Below are positions 10,055 through 17,609 of a stretch of DNA of 34,262 nt, one piece after another (the stretch's first letter is position 1; each line of letters opens with the position of its first letter). This DNA is from a virus. Lineage: Duplodnaviria > Caudoviricetes. Location of the stretch: positions 1 to 34,262 of IMG/VR virus record IMGVR_UViG_3300010358_000009. One strand, written 5' to 3'. Under the pieces are notes generated by a model that was given only the letters and a program-made list of their open reading frames with translations, was not told the origin of the DNA and made no database searches. The position numbers and the translations under genes were made by a program.

Positions 10055-12151
10055 ATGGCACAACTTGATATTCAACCTCTCGATGATACTAAAAAGCTGG
10101 ATATTCAACCACTTGATATTCAGCCTTTTACTAAGCCTAATATACCTCCTCCTAAAGAGGGGCCACCAACTACAGAGGAAAGCCAGAAACCTTCGAACTT
10201 TGCGATTGATATCTGGAATAGATTATCAGAACCATTAACTGATGCGCCTACGCGATTCGCGAAGCAAGTATCAGATTACATGACTGACCCTAATCAGTCT
10301 ATCATGTTACCTAATGGTCAAGGTGGATTCCATGACTATATTGCTGGCACTCTCGCGAGGCTCAGAGGATTTGAAGCTGGTGCTACTGAGGGTGTTGGTA
10401 ATATTCTATCATCACTGACATCTCCTATCAATTTAGCTGCTACAGCTGCAACGATGGGAGAAGAACCATTAGCTAAAGCTGGATACGAGAATCTAGCTAG
10501 AATATTCAATTTAACTGGTAAGGCTACTGGTGTGCCAGTAATGGCTCATGGTATCAGTAGGATTGCAGATAAGGATGCTGATTGGGGTGAACGTGCAGAA
10601 GGATTAGCAGAACTAGCAGGCGGGGGAACTGCATTCTTACATAAACCTGCGTCATATGCTGGACCTGCTATTGTTGACCCAAAACTAGCACCATCAACGC
10701 CTCCATTAACTGCACCTAATATTCCTTCGCGATTGGATATCAGATACTTCGATAAATTCAAATCCTATCGTGATGTTCCAGTAGGAACTAAGTATACTGT
10801 ATCTCCAGATGAAAAATTACCACTTAAAATTCAAGATGCAATGAATCTTGGATTTGAATATAAGGGTCTTGATGATAAAGGCCGATTGATGATTGAGAAG
10901 ACTAAAGAATCTCCTCAGATTCAATGGCCTCAAGATAAAGCAACTCCACGTAGTCTAACTGCTGATGTAGTGAATTTGCCTCGTACTATTATGGCATCTA
11001 TGGATATGTCTGCTCCTTTACGTCAAGGATTAGGACTTATCGATAGACCACAATTCTGGCAAGCACTACCTACTATGATTAAGGCATTTGGTTCTAGAGA
11101 ATTCTATGACAAGGCAATGGATAGCATTGCTGATGGTCCACTATTTAGAAAGCAGATTGCTAGTGATGGACGTATTCTACCATCATTTGCTGAAACTGCT
11201 GGATTGAAACTAACTAATATGAATGAATTGACTCAGCGCGAAGAATCTATCATGTCTCCATTACTTGATAAGGTTCCTGGATTCGGTAGTTCTGAACGCG
11301 CATATACAATTTTCCTTAATAAACTTCGAGCTGATACCTTTAATCAATTGGTGAAAGACCTTGAAGTACTCAAACCTGGTATTAAGGCCAATTTACCTCT
11401 TGCGAAAGATATTGCAACATTTGTTAATACTTCTACTGGTCGTGGTGATTTGGGCCCACTGGAAGGTTCTGCCAAAGTGTTGTCATCTGTTTTCTTTTCA
11501 CCTAGATTGATGGCATCACGCTTACAGATGCTCAATCCAATGTATTATGTTAATCTGCAACCCGCTGTTAGGAAGCAAGCATTACGTTCATTGTTTGCTT
11601 TAGCAGGTGCCGCGGGGACATTTGTTACATTGGGTAAGTTAGCAGGTGGAACTGTTGAATCAGACCCTGCTTCATCTGACTTTGGTAAAATTAAGTTTGG
11701 TAATACTCGCTTGGACCCCTACGGCGGATTTCAACAGTATGTAGTTCTCGCGCAGAGACTAATGCCATCATTGGATTTGAGTTCTATTGGACTCGATGAA
11801 ATTGGTGGTAGAATGAAATCTACTACAACTGGTCGTGAATATGATTTGGGTAATCCTAGATTTGGTGAATCTACTAGAGCCGATACACTAATGCGATTCC
11901 TTCGAGGAAAGACTAATCCTATCATTAACTTCGCGTGGGGACTAATGGCTGGCGGTAAGGAAATTAGTGGAAAGCCAATGGATATGACTAATTTGAATCC
12001 TTATGAGAATGCAATTGCACAAAGATTTTTGCCTATGCTCACTCAAGACATCTACGATTTAATTAACGATACAGAAACACCAACACCTGCTAAAGTTGGC
12101 GCTGCTACTGCGGCATGGTTTGGTATGGGGTCACAAACTTATGGTCAATAA
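10055..12151 (+). CDS. Large internal virion / DNA ejection protein 3
   Basis: 698 aa helical protein, last of the three; DPASSDFGKIKFGNTRLD motif of large ejection-type proteins. Confidence 0.55.
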   Translation: MAQLDIQPLDDTKKLDIQPLDIQPFTKPNIPPPKEGPPTTEESQKPSNFAIDIWNRLSEPLTDAPTRFAKQVSDYMTDPNQSIMLPNGQGGFHDYIAGTLARLRGFEAGATEGVGNILSSLTSPINLAATAATMGEEPLAKAGYENLARIFNLTGKATGVPVMAHGISRIADKDADWGERAEGLAELAGGGTAFLHKPASYAGPAIVDPKLAPSTPPLTAPNIPSRLDIRYFDKFKSYRDVPVGTKYTVSPDEKLPLKIQDAMNLGFEYKGLDDKGRLMIEKTKESPQIQWPQDKATPRSLTADVVNLPRTIMASMDMSAPLRQGLGLIDRPQFWQALPTMIKAFGSREFYDKAMDSIADGPLFRKQIASDGRILPSFAETAGLKLTNMNELTQREESIMSPLLDKVPGFGSSERAYTIFLNKLRADTFNQLVKDLEVLKPGIKANLPLAKDIATFVNTSTGRGDLGPLEGSAKVLSSVFFSPRLMASRLQMLNPMYYVNLQPAVRKQALRSLFALAGAAGTFVTLGKLAGGTVESDPASSDFGKIKFGNTRLDPYGGFQQYVVLAQRLMPSLDLSSIGLDEIGGRMKSTTTGREYDLGNPRFGESTRADTLMRFLRGKTNPIINFAWGLMAGGKEISGKPMDMTNLNPYENAIAQRFLPMLTQDIYDLINDTETPTPAKVGAATAAWFGMGSQTYGQ

Positions 12152-12590
12152 ACTGATTCTCATTCTGCTATTCGCAACGCCCGTATATGCACAACAGACT
12201 AATGCTCAAAAGACATGGGATATCGCGTCCTATGCGACAGTGGGCACTCAGATTGGCTTGGATACCATTCATAATATTCGTGACGACAATCGCAAGATTC
12301 TGCTAATTCGCGAAGGTGTTAATATCGGAGTTACTATTGGCCTCAGCGAATTAATCAAACATTTTGTGCATGAAGACAGGCCAGACCATTCGGATATGAA
12401 ATCCTTTTGGTCTGAGCACACTGCGTTAGCTGCTACTACTGGGGGATGGAATGTTAGTGTAGGATGGTCACTAACAATCGGAACTGGTGTTGGTAGAGTT
12501 GAGGCTAATAGACATCATCCTTGGGATGTATTAGTCGGCGCCCTCGTGGGTACTAGTGTGGACTATACTACCCGGCATTACATTAAGTGA
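12141..12590 (+). CDS. PAP2-family membrane phosphatase with signal peptide
   Basis: C1 KHFVHEDRP, C2 SFWSEHT (usually SFPSGH), C3 GRVEANRHHPWD; signal peptide MVNKLILILLFATPVYA from ATG 12141. Confidence 0.8.
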   Translation: MVNKLILILLFATPVYAQQTNAQKTWDIASYATVGTQIGLDTIHNIRDDNRKILLIREGVNIGVTIGLSELIKHFVHEDRPDHSDMKSFWSEHTALAATTGGWNVSVGWSLTIGTGVGRVEANRHHPWDVLVGALVGTSVDYTTRHYIK

Positions 12591-12950
12591 CCTTTTTCGC
12601 AAGTCCCTACGCGCTGCCATCCACAGCGTAACTATTACTGCTATATCTCTCTCCGTATCCTCAATATTTTCATTGAGTGGAATCTTCTTGTCGCGCTCAA
12701 GGTTTGCGAGGCGATATAGTTTTTCAGCAAGCCTTCCAACAAAACCAGCATCTTGTGGAGAGTGGCTAAACATAGAAGCCAATTGACCTGCAAAAAGATA
12801 ATTCCCAAAAGGATTCTCATTCGAAGCGTAGTCATGGCTTTTCTTGTCATGTGTTTCTGCCATCTCCTGTAATAAATCGTAGAATAGTTTAGACCCGTGT
12901 CTAGTCCTACCTAGATGTCCGTGAACTTCCTCACTGTAGTTTTCCTTCAT
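12531..12950 (-). CDS. Nucleotide-modification-associated domain 1 (Nmad1 / DUF1599-like)
   Basis: EMAETHDKKSHDYA..NPFGNY, RLAEKLYRLANL and ENIEDT..DIA; GGAG RBS before 12950 (alternative start 12995); 60 nt convergent overlap with the PAP2 gene. Confidence 0.7.
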   Translation of the reverse strand: MKENYSEEVHGHLGRTRHGSKLFYDLLQEMAETHDKKSHDYASNENPFGNYLFAGQLASMFSHSPQDAGFVGRLAEKLYRLANLERDKKIPLNENIEDTERDIAVIVTLWMAARRDLRKRSLNVMPGSIVHTSTHEGAD

Positions 12951-12991
12951 TTTTATCAGGCTCCAAAAGATATCGGGTTCGTCTAAATCCA

Positions 12992-13519
12992 TCACAACCT
13001 CAGTAACCGTTCCAACACATCAGCAGGTGTATAACCATCATAAGGAGGAGCCCACTTTAATTCCATTACTCTCGCCAAATCCCAATATTTATCTGGAATA
13101 TGGTAAGACAATTCAAAAACTTCAGGTTTCTCCTCTACCTTGAATGATGGTTTAGTTACTGTCATTCCAAGAATGAACATATCCTGAAAGAAAGTTCCAT
13201 CATTGTGATGTCTAGCTTTCCAGCAGGATATGTTACATCCCATCGGGGTAATGTAGTTATCATAGATTTTGACTAGTGCGAGCCAAAGTCTATAGCGATG
13301 TTCATATAGCTCTGACATCTTATGATAACCATCTGATACATCCTCAGCCCATACACTCATTGTATCGGACCTTACCTCAGATTCTGATACTTTAGTCAAA
13401 ATAAATTTAGTTTCCATCTTACACCTCGAATTGTCACAAATCCATGCTCCTGAGTATGGCCTCATTACTTTCTTACAATACCAACATACAGGGTCACGTA
13501 TTACGAATGGTGGTTTCAT
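12992..13519 (-). CDS. WDGH-family phage protein with N-terminal Zn ribbon
   Basis: SDGYHxxxELYEHR, WKARHHNDG, SYHIP, PYDGYT...VLERL; CxxC at the N-terminus; probable start MKPP. Confidence 0.6.
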   Translation of the reverse strand: MKPPFVIRDPVCWYCKKVMRPYSGAWICDNSRCKMETKFILTKVSESEVRSDTMSVWAEDVSDGYHKMSELYEHRYRLWLALVKIYDNYITPMGCNISCWKARHHNDGTFFQDMFILGMTVTKPSFKVEEKPEVFELSYHIPDKYWDLARVMELKWAPPYDGYTPADVLERLLRL

Positions 13520-13520
13520 T

Positions 13521-13754
13521 CTATTTGTGTTCGAAGAAGTCACAACAATCATCCGCATGGAGCGGATATGCGTGTCCCAATATTTTAACAATTCCATATT
13601 TATTCTTCTTTTCAGCTAGTTGAATAATATGTTTCTCTTTACAGACAGTGGATTCTTTATCCCAGTATTCGCAGTTCTTACAACTGAATGGACCCTGATT
13701 CGCGCGTGCGATGATGTTATGGTTCTCTGGATACTCAACTCCCTGTATTGTCAT
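13521..13754 (-). CDS. Small Cys-rich (metal-binding) protein
   Basis: CKNCEYW...VC...DDCCDFF; packed operon. Confidence 0.55.
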   Translation of the reverse strand: MTIQGVEYPENHNIIARANQGPFSCKNCEYWDKESTVCKEKHIIQLAEKKNKYGIVKILGHAYPLHADDCCDFFEHK

Positions 13755-13999
13755 TTTCTCACCTTTGAATGGTTTGGTGGTCTAACACCATAGCAGGGGT
13801 CAGACTTCTTAAATCTACCACAGCACAGTTTACACAAATAGTGATTCACTCCCCCGCATGATGAACAGGTCCAGGGATTCATATTCATAATTAGTTGAAT
13901 ACGTCTGTCCTGTTCCCAATCAGTTAACTTTGATTCAGTCTCTATTCCAGTAGTACTCGGAGCTTCCGTATATTCGTTGGGTGGTGATATAATCGGCAT
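13751..13999 (-). CDS. Zn-ribbon protein
   Basis: WTCSSCGGVN...CKLC, a partial RanBP2-type pattern; ATGA overlap with the next gene. Confidence 0.5.
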   Translation of the reverse strand: MPIISPPNEYTEAPSTTGIETESKLTDWEQDRRIQLIMNMNPWTCSSCGGVNHYLCKLCCGRFKKSDPCYGVRPPNHSKVRK

Positions 14000-14144
14000 A
14001 TCTGTCTAATGCGATTAAGAGCATTCTCCTATCATCATTTTCATTCCATTCTTTGAATTTAGGATGGTTCCGAAATGGTGGATATGGACAACGCTCCAAA
14101 TCGCTAAACTTAAGCCAATCATATTTGTTGAATGACCGTGGCAT
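13935..14144 (-). CDS. Hypothetical protein
   Basis: 69 aa, TAATG coupling with the upstream gene. Confidence 0.45.
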   Translation of the reverse strand: MPRSFNKYDWLKFSDLERCPYPPFRNHPKFKEWNENDDRRMLLIALDRYADYITTQRIYGSSEYYWNRD

Positions 14145-14416
14145 TACAACTTGTCTAGTTTAGTTTCATCGAATGCAATGCCAGAGGACTTTAATACTAG
14201 TTTCATATCGTCTTTAGTTGGTGCAGAGTAAAAGACGATTTGGTCAAAAGTTAATCCCTCTGGTGGAGTGATAGTCAACGTATGTAATCCTGGACGTAAA
14301 TAGTCTAATCCCTTATGGGATATTCCTACTAACATCAAAGTCTTACCATCTCGGGTTTGACCATATCCCCAGATGATATGTTCATTCTTAATTGGGGTGG
14401 TCTGTTCGTTTGACAT
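14144..14416 (-). CDS. Hypothetical protein
   Basis: 90 aa from MSNEQ; packed operon. Confidence 0.5.
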   Translation of the reverse strand: MSNEQTTPIKNEHIIWGYGQTRDGKTLMLVGISHKGLDYLRPGLHTLTITPPEGLTFDQIVFYSAPTKDDMKLVLKSSGIAFDETKLDKL

Positions 14417-14627
14417 TTTTAGCGCGCGGTCCTTTCGGTGATGGAACATCTTCAAAAGTTACTGGAATTGCAGAACCATCTGCACAGTCTTTAACTAAAT
14501 CATTCCAGAAACCATTAAAGTCATCCCGATGGAAAAAGTACTCTGGTCCATTATTACCTTTAATGAATCCAAAGTTTCTAGTTGAGACTATGTTTCGAAT
14601 TGTTCCTCTGAGAGTAAGTTCACCCAT
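14388..14627 (-). CDS. Cold-shock domain (OB-fold) protein 1
   Basis: GTIRNIVSTRNFGFI (RNP1-like), YFFH (RNP2-like), VTFE..SPKGPRAKNV; start MGELTL. Confidence 0.85.
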   Translation of the reverse strand: MGELTLRGTIRNIVSTRNFGFIKGNNGPEYFFHRDDFNGFWNDLVKDCADGSAIPVTFEDVPSPKGPRAKNVKRTDHPN

Positions 14628-14955
14628 CTTTATTATCCTTTTCGGTTGGTTGTTTGTAGTCGTGCCAAATTCTACCTGGAGACTTACTTTCAGCATCAAA
14701 TTTTGCATCTGGAAATTGAGGAAACATAAACTCAATCATAGCAAAATTAGCTGCATCAATTAAATATTCAGTATTGTGAGTCTCACGATATTTTTTGAGT
14801 CTCAACATTAGTGAATCTAATGCATTTACTTTATCTGGAAAGGCATCAGCCACTTTACCATATTTAAAGTGACTCATACCCATTCGATAAAGCATACCCT
14901 GCATAAATTTTACTGAAAATTCAGTAAGAGGAGTTTTAGATACATCAAAGTACAT
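14620..14955 (-). CDS. Putative all-alpha (MazG-like) NTP pyrophosphohydrolase-related protein
   Basis: RMGMSHFKYG...NTEYLIDAANFAMIEF; the E-x-x-x-D-x-A-N helix resembles MazG-superfamily phage proteins. Confidence 0.4.
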   Translation of the reverse strand: MYFDVSKTPLTEFSVKFMQGMLYRMGMSHFKYGKVADAFPDKVNALDSLMLRLKKYRETHNTEYLIDAANFAMIEFMFPQFPDAKFDAESKSPGRIWHDYKQPTEKDNKDG

Positions 14956-15188
14956 TATTCATTTCTCGCAATCGATGCATTAGCCCAAAAGATTGCCTCC
15001 TCTAACTTAGTTAATGCAAGACTTTGTTCGCGCGAAGGCGGACACAACTTACAAATATTGGTCGCAAGGGTTTTCGCCTCATCACGGAGAAGTTCATATC
15101 TTTGAGACTGGTCACCTTTGGGTTGATGATATGTAAAGTCACGTTCCAAACGTTCTGCCGTTGTTTGATTAATTGGATACATCTCCAT
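14955..15188 (-). CDS. Tad1/Acb2-type helical-hairpin protein, putative nucleotide-signal sponge
   Basis: FTYHQP...SREQSLALTKLEEAIFWANASIAR resembles the SRE..ALT..EEA.MW C-terminal helix of Tad1. Confidence 0.65.
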   Translation of the reverse strand: MEMYPINQTTAERLERDFTYHQPKGDQSQRYELLRDEAKTLATNICKLCPPSREQSLALTKLEEAIFWANASIARNE

Positions 15189-15382
15189 TTTAGCCTCAGC
15201 TTTCTCATTCTAAGTTTTGATGTTCGTGCTGAGCGTAATCGATGTTCCCAGCACTGTGAATATTTCTTACCAGTCTCGTGATTTATTCCTGGCTCCTTTC
15301 CGCAATAACCACATAACTCTAACGCACGCCAATATCTATACATCTTTTTCTTGTATCGGCGCACCCTGTCTTTTAGAGCCAT
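15011..15382 (-). CDS. Basic Zn-finger protein
   Basis: MALKDRVRRY...LCGYCG...SQCWEH; fills the gap between its neighbours but overlaps both. Confidence 0.45.
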   Translation of the reverse strand: MALKDRVRRYKKKMYRYWRALELCGYCGKEPGINHETGKKYSQCWEHRLRSARTSKLRMRKLRLKWRCIQLIKQRQNVWNVTLHIINPKVTSLKDMNFSVMRRKPLRPIFVSCVRLRANKVLH

Positions 15383-15539
15383 GTGATGCAGAGCCTCCCT
15401 TACGCCCTGCTTCTCTTGCTTCATCAACAGTCCATTCATGTGCTCTGCCCTTAGCATGTGCAGCCTTGCCCCCTTTAGAGGCAATCTTACGTTGCTTGGC
15501 AGGGTCCATACTCGCGAATCCTCTATCCTGTTTAGCCAT
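15336..15539 (-). CDS. KGG-repeat stress-induced protein (YciG/GsiB/Con-10 family)
   Basis: RGFASMDPAKQRKIASKGG...EAREAGRKGG. Confidence 0.9.
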   Translation of the reverse strand: MAKQDRGFASMDPAKQRKIASKGGKAAHAKGRAHEWTVDEAREAGRKGGSASHGSKRQGAPIQEKDV

Positions 15540-15793
15540 TACGTTTTCCTCCTCATTTCCTTTTTACAGGCGATTATTGCATTCTCTAATGCACTGATTA
15601 ATTCTGGAGTAGGTTTTTCCAGAATGTTGACTGCGAGGGCATCATCAATACTACTAATGACAAGTAGTAACCTGCCTCGCATTGCTATTTCTCTACCAGT
15701 TTCTTTTACTTCGTCACTACTGATAGGAAGTCTATTCCCCTCAAAATCCATTGCAACATTCTCAGGTCCATCATTGTCATACTGATTGGGCAT
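15539..15793 (-). CDS. Hypothetical protein
   Basis: 84 aa from MPNQY; TAATG coupling to the KGG gene. Confidence 0.5.
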   Translation of the reverse strand: MPNQYDNDGPENVAMDFEGNRLPISSDEVKETGREIAMRGRLLLVISSIDDALAVNILEKPTPELISALENAIIACKKEMRRKT

Positions 15794-17066
15794 TCTTTTT
15801 TCCTTTCGATGCCATAAACACTTTGAGTTCCTCAACCTGTTCAGGCGGCATTATGTAGATTATTTGATTACCCATCGTGGTAGTCTTGATTAGTCCAGAC
15901 TCATTGAATGACAACATGATTTCATCAAACTCTGTTGCTGTTTCATAATGAGCCCAGAATTTTTTCATTAACACTGTTCGGCTGACACTATAGGTCTCTC
16001 GATTCATCAACTCATGCACTATCATTGATTTGAGTAATGCAGATGCTGATGTTCCTTGTTTACCTAGTGTAGTCTTGCGAACATTGTTAATCAATTTCTC
16101 GGATTGCTGGATGGCTTCAGCCATCGATTCAATGTCTATTTTTAGGCAGGGATTCTTACATAATGAGAGTAGCATAGCTACCTTCAATACGGAATCACCG
16201 AACCTATTCATTGTCCCTGTCTCGTCCTTAAATTCGGTATCCTTGATGAACTTCTTAAAACTATCATACCAGTTGTCATATGTTAGTCCAACTTCGTTGA
16301 ACCATATATCACGACCACGTATGACCTTCTTAAATCTAAATTCACCTTCAGATTCTGTCTTTGCTAAAGGCGCGAAGGGACCACTTAGTTTAGATACTTC
16401 TTTGAGGTAGTTAGCTGAATTAACATAGTTAGGAGGATTAGCCAAAGGATACACAAGAGAATTGGAATTTTGCCCTTCTTTTTCGTACACGATAAATGTT
16501 CTAGCAAAGTATCCACCTTGTATAGCGGAACGAGTGAAAAAGTCTTCAGACATGGCTTCATTAGTTGCAGTCAACATTGTTATAGTCGGGTCCTTTAATT
16601 CAAAGGTTTCCATCTTTAACAATGACTTCCATTCACCTACGTTATATTGTCGGTCATACAAATCAGTGAGAATCTTAGTAGCTACTTTATCCTCAACGAT
16701 AGATGATGACAACTCAGATGAACAGATGAATGCAACAGACTTCGTCTGAACTTTTCCACCAGGTTGTGTGTATGCTGTTCCCAAGTCTTTGAGTATACCT
16801 TGTATCGACGAACGACCTGAAATGATTCGTGTGTTGTTTACTGGTTTAACTAGTTGTCTTGCCATGCTTATCGGTGGACCTTTTTTCATGCCCGACTCAG
16901 CATGTAGCATAACATAGATATTTGGATACAAGTTGTATATCTGCCGGTCCATCCATACTTGGTCTTTGACGACAGCAGACATAGCTGCTATTGCACTCCA
17001 ATACCAGAAAGACTCAGGGCTTTCTAGTTCACTATGTTGATTTACTATTTGCTGTAGCCAATTCAC
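15777..17066 (-). CDS. DUF3987-type AAA+ putative replicative helicase
   Basis: ESPESFWYWSAI, YPNIYVMLHAESGMKKG (Walker A-like), FICSSEL (Walker B-like), LTDLYD, IQGGYFAR (Arg finger), C-terminal winged-helix-like segment. Confidence 0.7.
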   Translation of the reverse strand: MNWLQQIVNQHSELESPESFWYWSAIAAMSAVVKDQVWMDRQIYNLYPNIYVMLHAESGMKKGPPISMARQLVKPVNNTRIISGRSSIQGILKDLGTAYTQPGGKVQTKSVAFICSSELSSSIVEDKVATKILTDLYDRQYNVGEWKSLLKMETFELKDPTITMLTATNEAMSEDFFTRSAIQGGYFARTFIVYEKEGQNSNSLVYPLANPPNYVNSANYLKEVSKLSGPFAPLAKTESEGEFRFKKVIRGRDIWFNEVGLTYDNWYDSFKKFIKDTEFKDETGTMNRFGDSVLKVAMLLSLCKNPCLKIDIESMAEAIQQSEKLINNVRKTTLGKQGTSASALLKSMIVHELMNRETYSVSRTVLMKKFWAHYETATEFDEIMLSFNESGLIKTTTMGNQIIYIMPPEQVEELKVFMASKGKKNAQSV

Positions 17067-17196
17067 CCGTCAATCTCCGACCGTCAATCGTTGAATATAC
17101 AACCGTGATTAGGTAGTGACCACATTCGCATACAGGCCAAGGTTGGTCGGAGACTTGGTATGTTTTGCAATATGGACAATATACTTCCCTTTTCAT
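17032..17196 (-). CDS. Small Zn-ribbon protein
   Basis: CPYC...CECG; start MKREV. Confidence 0.5.
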   Translation of the reverse strand: MKREVYCPYCKTYQVSDQPWPVCECGHYLITVVYSTIDGRRLTGELATANSKST

Positions 17197-17206
17197 CTTC
17201 TCTTGA

Positions 17207-17431
17207 TTAAAAGGGGATGTCATCATCATTCCTATACTTCTCTTTAATTTCTTCAGTTATTTTCTCGTAGTAGTGTCGCATTTCCATTGCTATAGTTACT
17301 TGGAATTGCGCCATTAGTGATACCAAATCATCATCTTCAATCTTAGTATACGATAGTGGTCCGAAGGAGTCAGGGTCTTTATGGACTAGTATTAGTTCCC
17401 ATCGTTTAGGTCTTGGAACTTGATTCATCAT
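17207..17431 (-). CDS. Hypothetical protein ending in DDDIPF
   Basis: 74 aa, GGAG RBS; C-terminus matches the bacterial SSB tip. Confidence 0.6.
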   Translation of the reverse strand: MMNQVPRPKRWELILVHKDPDSFGPLSYTKIEDDDLVSLMAQFQVTIAMEMRHYYEKITEEIKEKYRNDDDIPF

Positions 17432-17609
17432 TAGCAAGCTCCAATTCCTTAATCATTTCGCCTATCATACCTTTAAGTTCTCTTAAATCATCTATTCCTA
17501 AAAACAAGTCAGTAATATCTATCCATACTCTATTTCCATAGGGAGATTTATTTAAAGTCATGGTTACTCTACCATGTTCAGTTTGAATTGCTCTAGCTGG
17601 CGCAATCAT
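17406..17609 (-). CDS. Hypothetical protein
   Basis: 67 aa, TAATG-coupled to the polymerase stop, GAGG RBS. Confidence 0.55.
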   Translation of the reverse strand: MIAPARAIQTEHGRVTMTLNKSPYGNRVWIDITDLFLGIDDLRELKGMIGEMIKELELANDESSSKT

